Shown: in pieces, positions 54,420 to 60,138 of the stretch
Layout of the letters: each line of letters begins with the position of its first letter
Numbering within the stretch: the stretch's first letter is position 1
Origin: an uncultured Opitutia bacterium
Lineage (GTDB): Bacteria; Verrucomicrobiota; Verrucomicrobiia; Opitutales; UBA953
Length of the DNA stretch: 60,138 nt
Reading direction: 5' to 3'
Assembly: GCA_903925205.1 (NCBI GenBank)
Contig: CAIYEN010000181.1
Coordinates: 1 to 60,138, forward strand
The notes under the pieces: model-generated
Seen by the model: only the letters and a program-made list of their open reading frames with translations
What the model was told of the DNA's origin: nothing
Databases searched by the model: none
Position numbers and translations under genes: made by a program

Positions 54420-55538
54420 ATGGATCCTTTCTTGCTGATGATGTTGGTCATCTTGGTGGCCGTGGTGTTTGAATACATCAACGGCTTCCACGATGCGGCT
54501 AACGCTATCGCAACCGTCGTCTCGACCCGGGTCCTGACGCCCCGCCAAGCCATCATGCTGGCGGCGGTCACCAACCTCATCGGGGCCTTTTGGGGCACCG
54601 CCGTCGCCAAGACCATCTACTCGGGCTACATCGACCTTGCCGGGGGCTTTCAGGTCGCCCAGCTGGCCATCGCTTGCGGCCTCATGGGCGGCATCGTCTG
54701 GAACCTCATTACCTGGTGGTTCGGGATCCCTTCGAGTTCCTCCCACGCGCTCATCGGTGGCCTCTGCGGCGGGGTCCTCGGTCAGACCCACCTCACTTGG
54801 GGACGACTTATCTGGGACGGCACGGATGCAGCTGGCAAGTCGGTCGGACTCTGGCCCAAGTTGATCAAACCGATGGTGATTTCGCCTTTCATCGGGTTCA
54901 CTCTCGGGGTCATCTTCATGATGCTGCTGACAATCGTGATCGTTCGCCTGACGGTTCGCCCCAGCATCGTCGGCAAGGTCTTCGGTAAGCTCCAACTGGT
55001 CTCGGCCGGACTGATGGGCTTTTCCCATGGTTCCAACGACGCCCAAAAGACCGTCGGCATCATCACGTTCGCGCTCATCGTCGGCGTCGGCGCGGGGGCC
55101 TTCGATCCTGCGCATGCCCCGGCTTGGGCCCAATGGCTCAAGCCCACCATTAATGCCAAGGGCACGGTCGACCATGTCCCCGTCTGGATTATTGTCCTCT
55201 GTGCGGTGACCATGGCGGCGGGGACCGCTGCGGGCGGCTGGCGCATCATCCGTACGATGGGTCACAAGATGGTGAAACTCCAGCCAGTCCACGGCTTTGC
55301 CGCTGAAACCGCCGCGGCCATCACCATCACGGGGGCCTCCGAACTAGGGATCCCCCTTTCGACGACGCACGTCATCTCGACTTCCATCCTGGGCGTTGGT
55401 GCCACCAAGCGCTTTGACGCGGTGAAGTGGGGCCTCGTGGGCCGAATTGTCTGGGCCTGGGTCTTGACGATTCCGATTACCCTCACGCTAGGCTACTTGT
55501 TCTTCCGCGCCTGCGTCTTGCTCGGCTGGGCGCAGTAA
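54420..55538 (+). CDS. pit: Inorganic phosphate transporter, PiT family
   Basis: FEYINGFHDAANAIATVVSTR and GSNDAQKTVGII repeats; polytopic membrane protein. Confidence 0.93.
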   Translation: MDPFLLMMLVILVAVVFEYINGFHDAANAIATVVSTRVLTPRQAIMLAAVTNLIGAFWGTAVAKTIYSGYIDLAGGFQVAQLAIACGLMGGIVWNLITWWFGIPSSSSHALIGGLCGGVLGQTHLTWGRLIWDGTDAAGKSVGLWPKLIKPMVISPFIGFTLGVIFMMLLTIVIVRLTVRPSIVGKVFGKLQLVSAGLMGFSHGSNDAQKTVGIITFALIVGVGAGAFDPAHAPAWAQWLKPTINAKGTVDHVPVWIIVLCAVTMAAGTAAGGWRIIRTMGHKMVKLQPVHGFAAETAAAITITGASELGIPLSTTHVISTSILGVGATKRFDAVKWGLVGRIVWAWVLTIPITLTLGYLFFRACVLLGWAQ

Positions 55539-55541
55539 GCG

Positions 55542-56738
55542 TCAGCGCGGAGTAACCAACTGGAACCGTTTGCTGGGAGCTTCCGCGTACTGCGCGAGCA
55601 GCTCCTCGTAAGCGGCCGTGCCCGTGGCATGCGCGGCCCGCCGGAGGACGGGCATGATTTCGTCTGGGCTGCTGCCATGAATCTGCTGACCGGGCCAAGG
55701 CTTCGGCTGCGTCCCCAGATAGGGAACGAGATAATCCAACGCGACCCGGAGCGAGCGGCCATCCTTCGAGCGGTAGGCCCAGAGGTCGACGCCCGCATGT
55801 CGGCCCAGCAAGGCGAGGTCGGATAAAGCCCGGAGGTTGAAGCACGAATAACTGAAAGAGGCTGTCCGGCTGAGTTCCAAGGGTTGGCGTCCATCGGGCT
55901 CAATCTGGACTTCAATCCGCTTCACGCCCGCTTGGTCCAGCAGGCCCTTGGCTTCTTCGGTCCGCTTTAGCACCAGCGCCCAATGCACGGCCTGCACATC
56001 ATACCAAGTGCCGTGGTTATTCTTCGCGGCGCGTTCGTCCTGCCCGTTCTTACTGCGCAAAAGCCATTCGTAATACTGGTCCCCCCAGCGTTCCAGGGCT
56101 GTTTGGTCGTCCTTTGTCCAAGCCTTCGAACCGAGGAGCAGAATGGCCGCATCGGCGGCATCGGCTAAGCCACGGGCCTCGATGATGCCCGTCCCGCGGC
56201 CGTCATTCACGCCGAGCACGGCTTGGGCGAATTTAAGATTCGGATTCATGCGCGTCGCCGGCGCGAGGAACCAAACCCGGAGGTGCTGGGCGGCGTGCGC
56301 CGCATATTTTTCTTCGGCCGTGAAAAAGTAAGCGAGCGCCAGCGCCTCCACGGTCGCAGCCAAGGCACGCACCCGCAGGGTGTCATTGGCGGCGAGTTCC
56401 CGGGACTCTGGGTTCACTTCGCCGTCTTTGCGCAGGTACGGCAAGCCCTTGGGCTTAGCGGGATCGGGCCAGAAATAAGGCGCCAAACTCATGTAATCAT
56501 GGGCATCGCCGCTGGGCGGGAGCTTTTGCTTTTCGGTCACCGCAGCCGGCGCGACCAAGAGTGCCTTGTCGGCGTCCTGCTTGAGTTTCTTCAAGGCCCC
56601 GACGAGCACGGGGTCGCCCGTGGCGATGGCTTGCTTGGCTTTTGCCAAGGCCCCGGGTTCGGCCCCGAAATAAGGGCGTTCCGCGCGACCCCACGTCGGC
56701 CAAACCGCAAGAAAGAGGAGCAGGACAAACGGCTTCAT
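55542..56738 (-). CDS. Secreted alginate-lyase-domain polysaccharide lyase
   Basis: Signal peptide; NNHGTWYDVQ motif typical of the alginate_lyase (PL5-like) fold. Confidence 0.8.
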   Translation of the reverse strand: MKPFVLLLFLAVWPTWGRAERPYFGAEPGALAKAKQAIATGDPVLVGALKKLKQDADKALLVAPAAVTEKQKLPPSGDAHDYMSLAPYFWPDPAKPKGLPYLRKDGEVNPESRELAANDTLRVRALAATVEALALAYFFTAEEKYAAHAAQHLRVWFLAPATRMNPNLKFAQAVLGVNDGRGTGIIEARGLADAADAAILLLGSKAWTKDDQTALERWGDQYYEWLLRSKNGQDERAAKNNHGTWYDVQAVHWALVLKRTEEAKGLLDQAGVKRIEVQIEPDGRQPLELSRTASFSYSCFNLRALSDLALLGRHAGVDLWAYRSKDGRSLRVALDYLVPYLGTQPKPWPGQQIHGSSPDEIMPVLRRAAHATGTAAYEELLAQYAEAPSKRFQLVTPR

Positions 56739-56747
56739 GGTAACAGA

Positions 56748-58388
56748 TTAACGGGGCTGTACGCCGACCCGCTCGGCCCAGGCGGCCCACCGTGCCGCGA
56801 GTTCGGCGGTCTTGGCGGGCTGGCTCGCGGCGAGGTCATGTTCCTCGGCGGGATCCTGCGCGAGGTCAAAGAGCTGCCACTGGACAGGCGCAGTCTGGCG
56901 CTTACCCCAAACGATTTTCCACTGCCCGAGGCGATAGCCACGCGCCCCTTCATGGGCCGTGGGGATACCGCGTTCCGGCACGGTGCCGCCACGCAAGGCG
57001 GGCTCCAGCGACACGCCGGACAGGGGCTTGAGCCGCACGCCCGCAATCTCCGCCGGACGGACCGAGCCCGTGACTTCCGCGATGGTCGGGAAGAAATCCA
57101 TCACATGCGCTGGGGTACGGACCCACTCGCTGCGGGCCGGCCACGCCGTGGGCCAATGCGCGATGAAGGGCGAGGCAATGCCGCCTTCATTGCAGAAGTG
57201 TTTGTACATCGCGAGGGGCGTGTTCCCGAGGTTCGCCCAGCCTGAGCCATAGGACGAAAACGAGCCAGGCTGGCCCATCTGCGCCAGCGTTTCGCCCGCA
57301 TGCAGCGTCGTCTTGCCGGTGCGCGAAGCCCCATCGAAACCGAACGGGCCCCACTCGTAGCAGGCCCCATTATCACTGGTGAAAAGGATGAGGGTGTTCG
57401 CGAGTTCGCCGCTGGCCTCGAGGTCGGCAAGGATACGACCGACGCCGCGATCGACGTGTTCTACCATGGCGGCAAAGGTGGCCATGCGCCGCGCGAGGTC
57501 TTCGCGCCGATCCGCCGGCAGGCTTTCCCAAGCTGGGTTCACTTGCCCCGCATAGCCATTGGCGATGTCGTCGCGATCCACCGGCACGAGGGCGCGCGCG
57601 GGCAAGGTCGCAGTCGCGGGGATGAGGCCGAGTTTCTTCATCCGCTCAAAACGTTCCGTGCGCAGCACGTCCCAACCGCGCCGATAGGTCGCCATGTGGC
57701 GGTCGATGGAAGCTGGCGGCGCCTGCAACGGGAAGTGCGGCGACGAATGGGCCAAGTAGAGAAACCACGGCTTCGTTTTGTCGGACCGCGCCTGCCGCAG
57801 AAATTCGCAGGCATAGTCGGTAAAAACGTCGGTGGCGTAGAAACGGCCAGTTTCGTAGTTCAGCTCAGGCTTTTCCGTCGCAGGTAAACGCACGTATTTG
57901 GCCGCATTCCATTGGCCTTCCGAATGGGCGCCAAAATCTTTGAACCCAAAATAATGTTGGAAGCCGCGGTCCAGTGGGCCCGGCGAACCCATGTGCCACT
58001 TACCGACCATCCAAGTGCTGTAACCGCGTGCCGCGAGCAGCTCGGGGAGCGTCTGGTTACTGGCCAAGAGATGCCCCGTATAGGCTTCGCCCGTGTTCGG
58101 CGTCGGCTTAGCGCGGACGAAATCACCGATGCCCGCCTCGTGCGGATGCAGGCCGGTCAGCAGCGACGCGCGTGTCGGACAACACCGCGCAGAGTTGTAG
58201 CATTTCTCGAAACGCACGCCACCGGCGGCTAAGCGATCGATGTTCGGCGTCGGGATTTCGCCGCCGTAGCAACCGAGATCTGAGTAGCCGAGGTCATCGA
58301 CGAGGATCACCAAGACGTTCGGCGGAGGACTGGCGGGGGCCGCCCATGCCGCGACGAGCAAAAGGAAGACGGCGATGACGTTCCTCAT
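56748..58388 (-). CDS. Arylsulfatase (formylglycine-dependent sulfatase family)
   Basis: VDDLGYSDLG and CCPTRASLLTG (CxPxR). Confidence 0.92.
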   Translation of the reverse strand: MRNVIAVFLLLVAAWAAPASPPPNVLVILVDDLGYSDLGCYGGEIPTPNIDRLAAGGVRFEKCYNSARCCPTRASLLTGLHPHEAGIGDFVRAKPTPNTGEAYTGHLLASNQTLPELLAARGYSTWMVGKWHMGSPGPLDRGFQHYFGFKDFGAHSEGQWNAAKYVRLPATEKPELNYETGRFYATDVFTDYACEFLRQARSDKTKPWFLYLAHSSPHFPLQAPPASIDRHMATYRRGWDVLRTERFERMKKLGLIPATATLPARALVPVDRDDIANGYAGQVNPAWESLPADRREDLARRMATFAAMVEHVDRGVGRILADLEASGELANTLILFTSDNGACYEWGPFGFDGASRTGKTTLHAGETLAQMGQPGSFSSYGSGWANLGNTPLAMYKHFCNEGGIASPFIAHWPTAWPARSEWVRTPAHVMDFFPTIAEVTGSVRPAEIAGVRLKPLSGVSLEPALRGGTVPERGIPTAHEGARGYRLGQWKIVWGKRQTAPVQWQLFDLAQDPAEEHDLAASQPAKTAELAARWAAWAERVGVQPR

Positions 58389-59281
58389 CGCCGCGCGGCC
58401 TCCGCACCCATCCAGCGGACGGCGTTCTCAATAACCTTCAGGTTTTCAGCCTGCTGGTAGACGGGGTAGGTCTCATGCCCGGGCCGGAAATAAAAGACGT
58501 CACCCTGCCCGACCTTCCACAACGCGCCGCTGCGGAAATGCTCACCTTTATCCCATTTTTCCTCGAAAATTACGCTGTCTGGCGGCGGCACCCAAAACGG
58601 CTCGCCGTACATTTCAGTCTGCGGAATATCCCATTTCGCAGGCAGGCCCGCCGCAATCGGATGCGTCGGCAAGAGCGTCGTCACGTGCGAAGGCGCGCCG
58701 TCGGCACGATAAGTTGGAAACACGCACTGCGGCAAAGTCAGCTGCCAGATGTCACCGACCTTACGGACGTTCGGCGTCGGGGCGGCTCCCTTCTTCGGAA
58801 TGACTCGATAGGGCTTGTCGTTCAGAAACTCCCACTTCGCCGTCGCGCGCTCCGCTGCGGGGACTTGGGCGAGCGCATCGGCCTTGGCCCGTTCCTGCAT
58901 CAAGCGCACGAACGGCTTCGCCCAGTGCGCCGAATGTAAAGCGATGAACCCCGTCTTGCCTGCCTGGACCCGTTGCACGAGGGCCTCCATGCGCGCATCG
59001 TTTTGCTGCAAAGGCCGTTGATGGCACCAGAAGACCACCACATCGGTCGCCGCCAAGGTCGCAGCGTCCAACCCCTGGTCCGGGTCATCCATGCCGACCG
59101 ACTTAACCGACAGGCCGGGCTGGGCGGAGAGGTGCTTGGCCAAGGTGTCGCCCAAGAAGGCCCCCGCGTAGCCCTTTTTCTGGTCCGGTTGACGTTCGTC
59201 CCAGACCAGGACGCGGAGGGGGGCGGGGGCCGCCGAGAGCCCAAGGCAGGTGACAAGGAGGAGGAAGGCCAGACGGTGCAT
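58385..59281 (-). CDS. Secreted ThuA-like domain protein
   Basis: RVLVWDE...DVVVFWCH...GFIALHSAHWAKPF resembles ThuA. The ATG at 59281 is preferred (the ORF opens at TTG 59287). ATGA overlap with the sulfatase gene. Confidence 0.8.
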   Translation of the reverse strand: MHRLAFLLLVTCLGLSAAPAPLRVLVWDERQPDQKKGYAGAFLGDTLAKHLSAQPGLSVKSVGMDDPDQGLDAATLAATDVVVFWCHQRPLQQNDARMEALVQRVQAGKTGFIALHSAHWAKPFVRLMQERAKADALAQVPAAERATAKWEFLNDKPYRVIPKKGAAPTPNVRKVGDIWQLTLPQCVFPTYRADGAPSHVTTLLPTHPIAAGLPAKWDIPQTEMYGEPFWVPPPDSVIFEEKWDKGEHFRSGALWKVGQGDVFYFRPGHETYPVYQQAENLKVIENAVRWMGAEAARR

Positions 59282-59429
59282 GATCAAGGGGTAAGACTAT
59301 CCCTACCCCTTTGGCCGCTGGTTAAAAGTCCCAAGTCCAGCGCCGACCCGAGAAATTCGGTTAAAAATGTGCTTTTTGCCCTTCCGTCTTGCTCCCAAGG
59401 GGGGCTGTCCTAACTTGCGGCAAACGACC

Positions 59430-59963
59430 ATGGTCAAATCTGATTTCGGTTATAACAGCAAGGTGGAGGGCGAGGTCATCGTGACCCGCGCCGATGCCGT
59501 CGTGAACTGGGTGCGCAGCAACTCGGTCTGGCCGATGCCGATGGGGCTGGCCTGTTGCGCCATCGAGCTCATGGGCGCCGGTGGCTCCCGCTTCGATATT
59601 TCCCGCTTCGGGATGGAAGTCATGCGCTTCTCCCCGCGCCAAGCCGACTGCATGATCGTCGCCGGCACCGTCACCTACAAGATGGCCGAAGTGGTCCGCC
59701 GCATCTACGACCAGATGGCCGAGCCCAAGTGGGTCGTCGCCATGGGCGCCTGCGCTTCGACCGGCGGCATGTACCGCTCCTACGCGACCCTCCAAGGGGT
59801 CGATAATATTGTCCCAGTGGACATTTATATTTCCGGTTGCCCGCCCCGCCCCGAAGCGTTGCTGGACGGCATGATGTTGCTGCAGGAGAAGATTCGCCAA
59901 GAAGGCGGCTCGCTCAAGCGCACCTTCCGCGGCCGCACCGTCGAAACCAAGATCGTCCGCTAA
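59430..59963 (+). CDS. nuoB: NADH-quinone oxidoreductase subunit B
   Basis: [31 protein letters not shown] and GCPPRPEAL (N2 cluster ligands). ATG at 59430. Confidence 0.93.
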   Translation: MVKSDFGYNSKVEGEVIVTRADAVVNWVRSNSVWPMPMGLACCAIELMGAGGSRFDISRFGMEVMRFSPRQADCMIVAGTVTYKMAEVVRRIYDQMAEPKWVVAMGACASTGGMYRSYATLQGVDNIVPVDIYISGCPPRPEALLDGMMLLQEKIRQEGGSLKRTFRGRTVETKIVR

Positions 59964-59965
59964 AC

Positions 59966-60138
59966 ATGGAAGCCGCCGTCCTGACCGACCGTTTTCCGCG
60001 CACGCAGGTCCTCGCTTCGCAGGACATGCCGACCTATCAGGTCGCGGGCGAAGACCTGGTCGAATCCGTCCGCTTCCTCCGCGACGCCCAAGGCTTCGAC
60101 CTCTTGGCCGACCTTTGCGGTATCGACTGGAAGGACCG
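59966..60138 (+). CDS. nuoC: NADH-quinone oxidoreductase subunit C (5' part, truncated by the window end)
   Basis: MEAAVLTDRFP...VESVRFLRDAQGFDLLADLCGIDW; starts 3 nt after the nuoB stop. Confidence 0.85.
   Translation, partial: MEAAVLTDRFPRTQVLASQDMPTYQVAGEDLVESVRFLRDAQGFDLLADLCGIDWKD

Overview
This is a 60.1-kb high-GC bacterial chromosome segment. Its gene content fits a PVC-superphylum, Verrucomicrobiota-like organism: a DUF1080/dehydrogenase/HEAT/cytochrome c giant protein, sulfatase and lyase genes, and a divergent FtsZ. That taxonomic assignment is inference only. The core is a complete dcw (division/cell wall) cluster on the minus strand at 15.3-33.7 kb: mraZ-rsmH-ftsL-ftsI-murE-murF-mraY-murD-[LysM lipoprotein]-ftsW-murG-murC/murB fusion-ddl-ftsQ-ftsA-ftsZ. 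Many junctions in it are ATGA start/stop overlaps, and TGGGN (MraZ-type) boxes lie upstream of mraZ. Housekeeping genes include sufS, aroC, tmk-holB, pfk, purB, holA, cinA, uvrC, a DUF47-pit pair and nuoB-nuoC (truncated at the right edge). Envelope and glycan genes include plsC-like and lpxL-like acyltransferases, a GT28/LpxH-like pair and a ThuA-sulfatase-lyase operon. An ECF sigma/anti-sigma module sits next to two HtrA paralogs. There are two tRNA genes: a canonical tRNA-Ser(UGA), and a tRNA-Leu(GAG)-like gene whose 3' end does not pair with its 5' end. The clearest accessory region is a roughly 2-kb AT-rich islet (yiaA-like plus a DUF805-Sel1 fusion). It is bounded by three direct copies of about 100 nt comprising the 3' end of tRNA-Ser plus its trailer, and it has no integrase. 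I saw no rRNA, CRISPR array, transposase or integrase. I could not identify a clear novel multi-gene system. The best leads are the tRNA-Ser att-repeat islet, an orphan Trp-halogenase-family gene convergent with a candidate small ORF ending in Trp, a His-less HtrA paralog beside a four-PDZ HtrA and an ECF module, and a symmetric hexamer array upstream of the DUF47-pit operon. All calls come from reading the sequence and ORF translations by eye. No searches were run.
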